64,000 nt of DNA, taken from the NCBI GenBank assembly GCA_027623675.1, contig JAQBVF010000010.1, positions 35,899 through 99,898 of the forward strand. The letters are read 5' to 3'. The first letter of the stretch is position 1. Each line of letters opens with the position of its first letter. Below are positions 38,042-47,347 of the stretch, one piece after another. The notes under the pieces were generated by a model, which did not search any database, was not told where the DNA came from, and worked only from the letters and a program-made list of their open reading frames with translations. Made by a program: the position numbers and the translations under genes. Origin of the DNA: Chloroflexota bacterium (GTDB lineage: Bacteria; Chloroflexota; Dehalococcoidia; Lucifugimonadales; UBA3495).

Positions 38042-39079
38042 ATGACCGTAGCTATCATCGTGATTGGAATCGCCGCCCTGATGTCCACGGGACTGGCCAT
38101 GTTTCTGTTGCTGCGCCTGCTCCAGTCGAACGGCGGCTCCAGCCAGCAGGACACCGCCCTTGGCCATCAGGTGGGCGAGATCCGGCAGGGCATCGGCCAG
38201 GTGAACCAGGCGATCCAGAACCTGAACTTAGACCGGGCCAAACAGTCGGAACGCCTGGAGACCATGCTCACCAGTCTAAACAGCAGCTCGTCCGCCCTGC
38301 GGGACATCCTGGCCAACACACAGGTCCGGGGCCAGTGGGGCGAGCGCATGGCCGAGGATGTCTTTCGGCTGATCGGCTTCGTGGAGCCGGTGAATTATGT
38401 AAAGCAAGCGGCCGTCACTGACGGCACATCACGCCCCGACTTCACCATATTCATGCCCAACAACATGAAGCTGAATATGGACGCCAAGTTCCCGCTGACC
38501 AACTACATGAAGTTCGTGGAGGCCGAGTCGGAGCAGGACGCTCAGGAGTACAGCCGCGCCTTCATCCGAGACGTCCGGGACCGGGCCAGGGAGGTTGTGG
38601 GCCGGGACTACATCAACCCCCAAGACAACACCCTAGACTACGTGCTGGTTTTCATCCCCAACGAATACATGTTCCACTACATCCAGCAGCACGGGGCCAG
38701 CGTGGTGGAGGAGGCTCTGCGCAACCGGGTGGTGCTCTGCTCGCCCATCAGCCTGTTCGCCATCCTCAGCGTTATCCGCCACGCCATGGACAATTTTGCC
38801 GTGGAGCAGGCCTCCAATGAGATACTGTCTCAGATCGGCGCCTTCGACCGGCAATGGGAACGTTTTACGAAGCACATGGAACTGGTTGGGAAGCGCATCG
38901 ACCTGGCCCAGACCGGGTTCGAGGCGCTGGCAGGCACCAGACGCCGGGCGTTGGAACGCCCGCTGGGCCGCATCCAAGCCATCCGCGAACAGCGGGGGCT
39001 CCCGGTCTCGGCCGGCGATGGACCCGCGGATGGGGATGACTCATTGGGCCTGCCCGAGTCGGAACCGGCCGAGGAATAG
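38042..39079 (+). CDS. rmuC: DNA recombination protein RmuC family
   Basis: N-terminal TM plus coiled coil, RGQWGE, RPD, DAKFPL, FIPNE. Confidence 0.92.
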   Translation: MTVAIIVIGIAALMSTGLAMFLLLRLLQSNGGSSQQDTALGHQVGEIRQGIGQVNQAIQNLNLDRAKQSERLETMLTSLNSSSSALRDILANTQVRGQWGERMAEDVFRLIGFVEPVNYVKQAAVTDGTSRPDFTIFMPNNMKLNMDAKFPLTNYMKFVEAESEQDAQEYSRAFIRDVRDRAREVVGRDYINPQDNTLDYVLVFIPNEYMFHYIQQHGASVVEEALRNRVVLCSPISLFAILSVIRHAMDNFAVEQASNEILSQIGAFDRQWERFTKHMELVGKRIDLAQTGFEALAGTRRRALERPLGRIQAIREQRGLPVSAGDGPADGDDSLGLPESEPAEE

Positions 39080-39199
39080 TGGACGGTCCGAACATCCAAA
39101 GACCCGAGCCGATCAAGGAATCCTGTGCGCCTCCGGGTAGATCATGGCTAAATCATGGGTGAATCACCGGAGCCAACCAGGAACAAGGACCACTGAAAC

Positions 39200-40789
39200 T
39201 TGCTGCCGTTAGCCGACCTCCGCCGCGCCGTTAAGAACGCCCTAGCCTTCGCCTCCGCACAACAGGGCGTGGAGGAGGTTGAGGTGTTTGCCTCGGCCGG
39301 CGCCAACCTCACCGTGCGGCTGAATTACACCTCGCACATCCCCAGCAACGGGGTGGAGGAACCCAAGTCCACCCAGGGCTACGGCCTGGGCATCCGCGCC
39401 ACCTTCCGGACCCCGGACGGCCCCAAGACCGGTTTTGGCAGCGAACCCACAGACCTGTCGGTGGAGGGGGCCGCCCGCGCGCTGGACAAGGCGCGTTCCG
39501 GGGCGGTCTCCGACCCCGAATTCGTCTCCCTGCCCCGGCTGGCCGGCCTTCAAGGGCGTGCCGGCCGGCCCGGCCCCGAATCAGAAAAGACACCCCCCGC
39601 CAACTTCGACCCGGCGTTGATGCGCATCGGCGGCAAGGGTTTGGTGGATGCGGGATGGCGCATGATGTACCGTGCCCTGGACTCATTCCAGTCGTCGGAA
39701 GACCTGATGGGACTGGCAGGGTCTGCGGAACAGATGTCCCAACTGGGCTTGATCCTGGGCGGCGACGTGGTCATGCTCCAAGACCGCATGGCCATCGCGT
39801 CGACCCACATAGCCAGGGTCCAGACTGAGCAGAACACGCTCATCATGTCGTTCGCCACAGCCATGATCGAGACCCAAGCCAGCAAGGGCAGCGGCTGGTC
39901 GGTGGGCAGCCGCCTCGCCGGCTTCAACGGGGAAGCGGCCGCCGAGGCCGCCAGGAATGCCATCCGGTCCATCGGTGGCCAGCGCATACCCACCGGGAGC
40001 TACCGAGTGATCCTCGGGCCCCAGGCGGTAGCTGAGATATTGGAATGGGTGCTGATGCCCGGCCTATCCCTGGATATGTTCTTCGCGGGGGCCTCCCCCT
40101 TCATCGGCAAGCTGGGCCAGATGGTGGCCTCGGAGGATTTCAACCTCTACGACGACAGCGCCGCGCCCGGTCTGCCCAGCGCCAGGTCGATCACCGACGA
40201 GGGTCTGCCCACCGGACGCACAGAGTTGATACGCGCCGGCCAGCTCACCGGCATGCTGTCCGACTATTACAACTACCAGCGCATCCTGAACGACCCAGCC
40301 GGCCGGGAGAAGCTGGGGGTCGCCCCCCGAGACGCCCTGGAGGGCATAACCCCCCGCAGCGGGTTCCGGCCCGGCAACGGCGGCGGCCGCGATTTCGGCG
40401 CCCCGCCCGGCATCGCCTCCACCAACCTGGTCATAGATGGAGGCCGGGGCCACAGCCACAACGAACTCTTGCAGATGGTGGGCGACGGCGTATACATCGG
40501 CCGCATCTGGTACACCTATCCGGTGAACGGCGTCACGAGCGGCGACTTCAGCGGCACTATAATCGGCGATTCCTACCTGATCAAGGACGGCAAGCTGGCC
40601 GCCCCGCTCAAGCCCAACACGGTGCGCATGAACGACAACGTTCTGCGCCTGATCAACAACACCCTGGGCATCGCCGCTCAACACCGCGCCACCGTGCGCT
40701 GGTCGTCGGACCAGGTGACCTGGGCGCCCGAGATCGCCGTCGAAGGGTTCGGCCTTGAAGAGATATCAGAATACATGGAGAGCGTTTAG
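39200..40789 (+). CDS. pmbA: PmbA/TldE subunit
   Basis: TldD/PmbA-like sequence (DEGLPT, NGVTSGDFS) without HExxxH; pairs with the nearby tldD. Confidence 0.85.
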   Translation: MLPLADLRRAVKNALAFASAQQGVEEVEVFASAGANLTVRLNYTSHIPSNGVEEPKSTQGYGLGIRATFRTPDGPKTGFGSEPTDLSVEGAARALDKARSGAVSDPEFVSLPRLAGLQGRAGRPGPESEKTPPANFDPALMRIGGKGLVDAGWRMMYRALDSFQSSEDLMGLAGSAEQMSQLGLILGGDVVMLQDRMAIASTHIARVQTEQNTLIMSFATAMIETQASKGSGWSVGSRLAGFNGEAAAEAARNAIRSIGGQRIPTGSYRVILGPQAVAEILEWVLMPGLSLDMFFAGASPFIGKLGQMVASEDFNLYDDSAAPGLPSARSITDEGLPTGRTELIRAGQLTGMLSDYYNYQRILNDPAGREKLGVAPRDALEGITPRSGFRPGNGGGRDFGAPPGIASTNLVIDGGRGHSHNELLQMVGDGVYIGRIWYTYPVNGVTSGDFSGTIIGDSYLIKDGKLAAPLKPNTVRMNDNVLRLINNTLGIAAQHRATVRWSSDQVTWAPEIAVEGFGLEEISEYMESV

Positions 40790-40850
40790 GCTGCCATCAG
40801 ACCAGTCAAATCAGTCCCGCAAATCGGACCCGAATATCAGGAGCAGCCCA

Positions 40851-41654
40851 ATGGCGGAACAACATATCAAGTTCGAGAAGATGGACGGCGTGGGCATCAT
40901 CACCATGGCCCGTGAGGAAGCCCGGAACGCGCTGACCGCAGACATGATTACCCAATTGGGCGACGCCATCGAGGCCTGTAAAAAGAACGACGTACGGTCG
41001 GTGCTGCTCACCGGCGCCGGCGGCGCATTCTGCTCCGGGGCCGATGTGAAAGATTTTGTGGATGTTCTGGATGGCGACGGCCCCCAGGGGCTGCATAACC
41101 ACATCAGCGCCCTGGCCGACCTGCTGCACAAGAAGGTGGTGTTGGGCTTGCGGCGTCTGGAGAAACCGGTGGTGGCTGCGATCAACGGGGTTGCCGCTGG
41201 GGCCGGGTTCAGTCTGATGCTGGGCTGCGACCTGAGATTTGCCGCCAACAGCGCTCGGTTCCTGATGGCTTACGCCAACATCGGGGCCACGGCCGACGGT
41301 GGCTCAACCTACCTGCTGCCCCGTTTGGTTGGCTCGGGCCGGGCCATGGAGCTTTACCTGGCCAGCCAACCCATGGGAGCGCAGATGGCCCTGGAGATCG
41401 GGCTGGTCAACCAGGTGGTGGAGGATAAACAACTTTTCAGGCACGCCATGGAAACCGCGGTCCGCCTGGCCCAAGGCCCCACCCTGGCCTACGGACGCGT
41501 AAAAGCCCTCTTCGACAACTCCTGGGACAACGACATCGCAACCCAACTGGACGCCGAAACCGAGGCCCTGGCCAACAGTGGCCTCACAGCCGACTTCCAA
41601 GAGGGCGTCAAAGCCTTCACCGGCCGCCGCCAAGCTAGGTTCGAGGGCAAGTAG
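40851..41654 (+). CDS. Enoyl-CoA hydratase/isomerase family (PaaG-like)
   Basis: AFCSGAD, KPVVAAINGVAAGAG, DGGST, DFQEGVKAF. Confidence 0.92.
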   Translation: MAEQHIKFEKMDGVGIITMAREEARNALTADMITQLGDAIEACKKNDVRSVLLTGAGGAFCSGADVKDFVDVLDGDGPQGLHNHISALADLLHKKVVLGLRRLEKPVVAAINGVAAGAGFSLMLGCDLRFAANSARFLMAYANIGATADGGSTYLLPRLVGSGRAMELYLASQPMGAQMALEIGLVNQVVEDKQLFRHAMETAVRLAQGPTLAYGRVKALFDNSWDNDIATQLDAETEALANSGLTADFQEGVKAFTGRRQARFEGK

Positions 41655-41663
41655 GGTAGCTCA

Positions 41664-44117
41664 TTACTCCAGCTCGGCCACGGTTACGCCGTCGCCGCCG
41701 GGACCCTCGCCGTTCTGGGCCGACATGACCAATGGGTGGCCGCCCAGGTACTCGCGGATCGCCTGGCGTAGGGCGCCGGTCCCCTTGCCGTGGATCAGCC
41801 GGATGGAGCCGACGCCGTCGAGCATGGCGTTATTCAGCGCCTCGTCCACCCGCCCCAAAGCTTCGTCCACCCGCAGGCCGCGCAGGTCCAACTCGGTGCT
41901 GGGGCCCTTTCTGGGGGCACGGCTAAGGTACACGCCTTGGGATGCGGCGGCTGGGTGGCCCTCGGCCTGCTTCTCCAACTGGTACACCGGAATCTTGGCG
42001 CGCATGGTGCCCAGCAGCACCTCGACCCGGTCCTGGTTGTCGGCGGCGGCGATGACCTCCACCGGCTGGGCGATGCCCCGGATGTAGACCCGGTCTCCCT
42101 CTTTCAGCGCGCTCTGCCACGGGACGCGTTCGATCTCGATGGGCGCCCAGGCCGGCGAGTCCAATTGCCGCTGCACGTCTCGGACCTCTTCCCGGTTGGA
42201 TCGGATGTCCTGACGCCGCGGCGCGCTGGGCCGGGGCTCGAACCTGGGCTGGAACTCGGCGTTCTCCAGGGTGCGTTCGGCGCGGGACAGCCGGTCCAGT
42301 ATCCCGCTGATGCGGCGTTGCAGTTCCTGCCGCGATTCCTCCACCAGGTTGGCCTTGGCCGATTCCACGTCCGCCAGTTGCGCGTCCAGCTCCCGTTGCA
42401 GCCGCACCGCCTCCGACCTGGCTTCCTGGGCCTCATGCCGCAGTTCCTCCACCACCCGGCGTTCCTGTTGCAGCTCCTGCAGCAGCCCTTCGGTGGCCTG
42501 CTCCACTGGGGAGATGCCGCTTCGGGCGTCGTCGATGACCTCTTGAGGGACCCCCAAGCGTGCGGCGATGGTGAGGGCGTAGCTGCGGCCCGGCAGGCCC
42601 AGGGTGACATGGTAGGTCGGCTCCAGGGTTTGCGGGTCCAGGTCGACGCTGGCGTTGACCATGCCCGGCTGGTCCTGCACGAACCTGGCCACGCCACGGT
42701 GATGGGTGGTGCCCACCACGAACGAGCCGATCTTCTGGAAGTAGCGCAGAACGGCGCTGGCCAGGGCTGAGCCTTCCTCAGGGTCGGTGCTGGTGCCAAG
42801 CTCGTCCACCAGGACCAGCGAATGGATGGTCGCGCGGGCCATGATGCCCCTCAGGTTAGCGATGTGGGAGCTGAAAGTGGACAGGGACTGCTGGATGCTC
42901 TGCTGGTCGCCGATGTCCGCGTAGACGCCGTCCAGCCTGGGGAAGTGGGCTTCCTCGGCCGGCACATGCAGACCGGAATGGGCCATCAAGGCCAGCAGGC
43001 CCACCGTCTTCAGCGTGACGGTCTTGCCTCCGGCGTTGGGGCCGGTGATCAGCATCACGCCCTGGTCTTGGTTCAGGTCGACGCTCACCGGCACCACTTT
43101 GCCGGTGAGCAGGGGATGTCGTGCCCGAACCAGTTTCAGATTCTGGTCGGGGGCTTCCTGGTCCGACACCCACGGGGCAACCGCGTTCGTCGCCGCCGAA
43201 TAGCGGGCCTTGGCCATATCCAGGTCCAGCCGGGCGACCAGGTCCAGGGTCAACATTATGTCTTCGCCGGACAGGCCAACCATGCCGGAGAGTTGCCGCA
43301 GCACACGCTCGACCTCCCGTTCCTCGGCCAGCCTCGCCTCGCGCCAGCGGTTGCCCATGTCGATGGCCGGCATGGGCTCGATGAAAACGGTGGCGCCGGT
43401 GTCGGAAACGTCATGGACGATGCCCGGAACACGGCCCCGAAGCTCGGCTTTGATGAGCAGCACCATGCGGCCGTTGCGCTGGGTGATCAGTGGCTCCTGC
43501 ACGACCTCCGCCCGCTGCAGACGCCGCAGGTTGCGCTCCATGATCTCGTTGAGCCGGGCCTGGGCCTGGCGCGCCTCGCGGCGCAGGTTATGGAGCACCG
43601 GACTGGCGTTGTCCAGCACCTCTCCGGCCGGGCTGATGGCGCCGGATATGGCCCGCTCCAGGTCGGCGAGGTCGGGTATGCCGTCCGCGACGCCGGTTAG
43701 CAGGGGCAGGTCATCCCGGTTTCCCAGCTCGGTGGCGTCGTAACGGGCGTCGCGGAGCAGTTCCCTAACCGCGAACAGTTCTTCGCCCCGGAGCAGCCCG
43801 CCCAACAGAGCGCGTTGCAGCACTTCGCGAAAGTCCTGGTCCGGCCCGAATTCCAGCCCGCCGTCCTCCTCCTGGTACTGCCTCGCTTCCGACGTCTCCT
43901 GAAGGCGGGTGGCAATCTCCATCAGATCGCGGTTGGGGGCTAGGGCCATGGCGAGCTCGCGGCCCAGAACGGTGCGGGCGTAGCCGGCGATCTGGGCTCG
44001 GACGCGGTCGAACTCCAGCAGCGGGCCGGCAATGGCGAAACCGCCCAGGCCGCTATCCCACCCCTGGTCTTGGACACTCCCCGCCGGGTTAATCGGATCC
44101 AGTTCAGATTCTTGCAA
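41664..44117 (-). CDS. mutS2: MutS2 with KOW and Smr domains
   Basis: LEFDRV, ITGPNAGGKT, DIGDQQSIQQSLSTFSSH, DELGTSTDPEEG, coiled coil, Smr DLRG...IHGKGTG...GGDGVT. Confidence 0.95.
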   Translation of the reverse strand: MQESELDPINPAGSVQDQGWDSGLGGFAIAGPLLEFDRVRAQIAGYARTVLGRELAMALAPNRDLMEIATRLQETSEARQYQEEDGGLEFGPDQDFREVLQRALLGGLLRGEELFAVRELLRDARYDATELGNRDDLPLLTGVADGIPDLADLERAISGAISPAGEVLDNASPVLHNLRREARQAQARLNEIMERNLRRLQRAEVVQEPLITQRNGRMVLLIKAELRGRVPGIVHDVSDTGATVFIEPMPAIDMGNRWREARLAEEREVERVLRQLSGMVGLSGEDIMLTLDLVARLDLDMAKARYSAATNAVAPWVSDQEAPDQNLKLVRARHPLLTGKVVPVSVDLNQDQGVMLITGPNAGGKTVTLKTVGLLALMAHSGLHVPAEEAHFPRLDGVYADIGDQQSIQQSLSTFSSHIANLRGIMARATIHSLVLVDELGTSTDPEEGSALASAVLRYFQKIGSFVVGTTHHRGVARFVQDQPGMVNASVDLDPQTLEPTYHVTLGLPGRSYALTIAARLGVPQEVIDDARSGISPVEQATEGLLQELQQERRVVEELRHEAQEARSEAVRLQRELDAQLADVESAKANLVEESRQELQRRISGILDRLSRAERTLENAEFQPRFEPRPSAPRRQDIRSNREEVRDVQRQLDSPAWAPIEIERVPWQSALKEGDRVYIRGIAQPVEVIAAADNQDRVEVLLGTMRAKIPVYQLEKQAEGHPAAASQGVYLSRAPRKGPSTELDLRGLRVDEALGRVDEALNNAMLDGVGSIRLIHGKGTGALRQAIREYLGGHPLVMSAQNGEGPGGDGVTVAELE

Positions 44118-44120
44118 TGT

Positions 44121-44876
44121 TCACCAATCGATGCCCCAAACACGGCTCTCGTAGATCATGCCCCCAACGTCGTCCAGGGTGTCGCGTTTAGGGTCGCGTA
44201 TGTTTAACCGCCGTTTCAGCGTGATGTCTTTGTACTCTTCCAGGCGCGGGCAGACCTTCAGGAAGCCGTTCAGCGTGAACTTCTCGCCGCCCAGCACCAC
44301 AAATTCGAGGTCTCTCGCCAACGGCTCGAACTGGGCGCGGACGGTCTCGCACACCTTGACGTACAAACGCCGCATCTGGCCCTCCCTGACGCGGGTATAG
44401 CGCAGTTGGGACGTGCCGCCGGCGTGGTGTTTGCCTTTCACGTAGCGGGAGTCGGTCTTGGACGAAGCCAGGTTCTCCCCCCGGTACACGGCTACCGAGT
44501 ACCGGCCCAGGCGCACCAGGACCACGCCCACCAGGTACTCCTTCTCCACCAACTGCCAGAGCGGCCCCTCGTCCCAGCCGTCGTGCTGACCGCTTTCCAG
44601 CACCGGAAATGGCGGGGCAATGACCAATGCCCGATCCCCAGCCCGAAGGCCGACCAAGCCGCAGCCGCTCTCTTCCGGAGCCGCGCCCAGCTTGGACATA
44701 CGCTCCCGCCATTCGGGTGACGTGGCAGTGTCGCCAGACTTCAGGTAGATCGACGACGCAACGTCGCCATCGCCCGGCTTCCGCACATCCAGCAGATTGC
44801 GCAGCCGGTCCTTGGTGAGCCAGTCTCCGTTAAGACCGGCCGCAGGCGTGGCGATCCTGTTCCTAGCATCGGTCAT
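44121..44876 (-). CDS. Vms1/ANKZF1-like release factor family protein (acVLRF1-type)
   Basis: GVVLVRLGRYSVAV...KTDSRYVKGKHHAGGTSQLRYTRVREGQ...VVLGGE: eRF1-like catalytic domain with a GGxSQ loop. Confidence 0.85.
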   Translation of the reverse strand: MTDARNRIATPAAGLNGDWLTKDRLRNLLDVRKPGDGDVASSIYLKSGDTATSPEWRERMSKLGAAPEESGCGLVGLRAGDRALVIAPPFPVLESGQHDGWDEGPLWQLVEKEYLVGVVLVRLGRYSVAVYRGENLASSKTDSRYVKGKHHAGGTSQLRYTRVREGQMRRLYVKVCETVRAQFEPLARDLEFVVLGGEKFTLNGFLKVCPRLEEYKDITLKRRLNIRDPKRDTLDDVGGMIYESRVWGIDW

Positions 44877-45211
44877 GGTTTGTACGAAATTGTACCACCG
44901 CACGTTCCCCAAAGCCTGGGGGTTACCGATCTGCCTAGCGCCGCGAGACCCGTACCGGAATCTGGGCGATTATCCGCACGGTGGGCAGCCCGTCCGAGTT
45001 CCCTGAGGGGCTGTAGACGGCGGAGAAGCACTGCGCCCCGGTTGTGATCCGGCAGGAGGCGCGCTGCACCAGGCCGTTTGCCCCGGCATATCAGTTTTGC
45101 TACACTGTCGCGGTATTGGATAGGGCCGGGTATACGAGCCCGTCACATCCGGCAAGAAGCGATCTTCCCCAAGCAATCAAACCTGGCAATCTAACCTGGA
45201 AAGGAGCCGCC

Positions 45212-45832
45212 ATGATCTACGAAGTGCGCACCTATAACCTGACGCCGCGCAGCGTCCCCACGTTCGAAGCGAATTTCGCCGCCGCCCTGCCCTACCGCGA
45301 GAAGTATTCCAAGCTGGGCGCGTTCTGGCACACCGAGATCGGCCCCCTCAACCAGGTCATCCACGTCTGGCCTTACGAGAGCATCGAAGAGCGCAACGAT
45401 GTCCGCGCCGACGCGGCCAAGGACGACCACTGGCCGCCGCCCAACGACCCCTCCATGTACCTGAGCATGAATTCGGAGATATTCATCCCCGCGCCGTTCA
45501 TGCGGCCCATGGGCGGAGACCAGGCCTTGGGCGCGCTCTATGAGATGCGCTCCTACACCTACGCCACGGGCAGCATCGGCAAGGTCATCGACATCTGGGC
45601 CGACGCCGTTCCCCACCGGGAGGAGTTCTCCCCCCTGGCCGCCGCCATGTACACCGATATCGGCGGACTGAACAAGTGGGTCCATATCTGGCCCTACGAC
45701 GACCTGGAACAGCGGAACCGGATCCGCGCCGAAGCCTCAAAGACCCCCCATTGGCCGCCGCCCACCCGCGAGTGGCTGGTGAGCCAAGAGAACAAGATCA
45801 TGGTTCCCTCGTCGTTCTCACCCATGCACTAA
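45212..45832 (+). CDS. NIPSNAP family protein (two domains)
   Basis: IYEVRTY...TEIGPLNQVIHVWPY repeated as LYEMRSY...LNKWVHIWPY; ends FSPMH. AAGGAG SD. Confidence 0.92.
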   Translation: MIYEVRTYNLTPRSVPTFEANFAAALPYREKYSKLGAFWHTEIGPLNQVIHVWPYESIEERNDVRADAAKDDHWPPPNDPSMYLSMNSEIFIPAPFMRPMGGDQALGALYEMRSYTYATGSIGKVIDIWADAVPHREEFSPLAAAMYTDIGGLNKWVHIWPYDDLEQRNRIRAEASKTPHWPPPTREWLVSQENKIMVPSSFSPMH

Positions 45833-45970
45833 GGGGATCACTCGGCGGCTCGTCCGTTTCAGCCATTGGTGACGTTTCGTTGGGACGAGCAGGCGAGTTG
45901 ATAGCACTTGGTGATAGGGCCGGGTTGGGATTTCCCATCCCGGCCTTTAGTTTGGTTTAGAATACCTGCC

Positions 45971-46687
45971 ATGAATAACATCGGCGAACAACTTGAGGAC
46001 TTGGTCACAGCCAACCGGATCCTGGCTCGCGAGGGCATCGTGGATGCCTACGGGCACGTGAGCATCCGCCATCCGGAGCGGCCCGACAGATACATCCTGT
46101 CCCAGTCGCGCGCGCCTGACCTAGTGGACGTTACCGACCTGATGGAGTACACGCTGGAGGGCGACCCCATCGATCAGCAGGACCGGGTCATGTACTCGGA
46201 GCGGCCCATACACGGCGGCATCTATGAGGCGCGGGACGATGTGCTGGCGGTAGTCCACAATCATTCACCGGCGGTTGTGCCGTTCAGCGTCACGAACACG
46301 CCCCTCCGGCCCATGTTCCACCTGGCCGCGTTGATCGGGCCGGAGCTGCCGGTGTGGGACATTCGCGACAAGTTCCAAGACACCAGCATGCTGGTGACCA
46401 CCATGGACCAGGGCCGGGACCTGGCACAGTGCCTGGGAGACCGCCGGGTGTCGCTGATGCGCGGGCACGGCTGCGTGGTGGCGGGCCGATCCATCCGCGA
46501 GGTGGTGATGGCCTCGGTGTACCTTCAGGTCAACGCCGGGCTGTTGCTGGAGTCACTGCGCCTGGGCGAGGTAACTTACATGACGCCGGGAGAGATCGAT
46601 CTGATGGCGGCCGGCCAGATGCGGCCCGCGTCTCTGGACCGGGCTTGGGAGTACTGGGCCAACCGGGCGGGCCGAGGCGAAAACTGA
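45971..46687 (+). CDS. Class II aldolase/adducin family protein
   Basis: DAYGHVSIR, ERPIHGGIY, VVHNHS, LMRGHG. Confidence 0.9.
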   Translation: MNNIGEQLEDLVTANRILAREGIVDAYGHVSIRHPERPDRYILSQSRAPDLVDVTDLMEYTLEGDPIDQQDRVMYSERPIHGGIYEARDDVLAVVHNHSPAVVPFSVTNTPLRPMFHLAALIGPELPVWDIRDKFQDTSMLVTTMDQGRDLAQCLGDRRVSLMRGHGCVVAGRSIREVVMASVYLQVNAGLLLESLRLGEVTYMTPGEIDLMAAGQMRPASLDRAWEYWANRAGRGEN

Positions 46688-47085
46688 TGACTATGAACCA
46701 ACCTGAACCCGAGATTGTTGAAGAGATCAAAGCCGCCAACCAGCGGTTCTACGACGCATTCTCCGACCTGGATATCACCATCATGGACCGCGTTTGGGAG
46801 AACTCGGAGCGGGCGGTTTGCGTGCATCCCGGGTGGTCGCCGCTGGTCGGGTGGGAGACCATCCGCAATAGCTGGGACCGCATCTTCCAGAACGCCAACC
46901 TGATGCAGTTTCAGGTCCGGTACCTGAACGTAGTGGTGCAGGGCGAGTTCGGCACCGTCACCTGTGTCGAGGGCATCACCAGCGTGGTACAGGGCCAGGC
47001 CACCAACTTCAGCACCTACGCCACCAACGTGTTCGCCCGCTATGAGGATGGCTGGCGCATGATCGCCCATCACGCTTCGACTTAG
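46687..47085 (+). CDS. SnoaL/NTF2-like protein
   Basis: ANQRFYDAF, CVHPGW, ATNVF, WRMIAHHAS; TGATG overlap with the upstream gene. Confidence 0.88.
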   Translation: MTMNQPEPEIVEEIKAANQRFYDAFSDLDITIMDRVWENSERAVCVHPGWSPLVGWETIRNSWDRIFQNANLMQFQVRYLNVVVQGEFGTVTCVEGITSVVQGQATNFSTYATNVFARYEDGWRMIAHHAST

Positions 47086-47347
47086 GGAGCTTTCAGGGAT
47101 CGGGACGGTTCGACGCCAAGTGGCAATCCTCCCGATGTGTGAACATCCCCTGGTTTCGATCATTCCCCGGGCAGCCGTGATCTCGCCCGTCAGAAGAACG
47201 ATGTATTAACGCGGCTGCCCCTATCACAACGGGTTCCGCCGTTCGCCTGGTAATATAGATTGGACTGCCCGTGGCGATCCACCGTTTGCTCGTTGGGCAT
47301 CGCGTGCCTGTTGGGCAGCGTCATAGAACCTAAAAAGGACACCAAAA

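Noticed and set aside
45030..45170. SRP RNA-like motifs (ATCCGGCAGGAGGC, ATCCGGCAAGAAGC; also GGTCCGGAAGG near 54898)
   Set aside because: Only partial matches to the CAGGTCCGGAAGGAAGCAGC core, with no convincing long enclosing helix.
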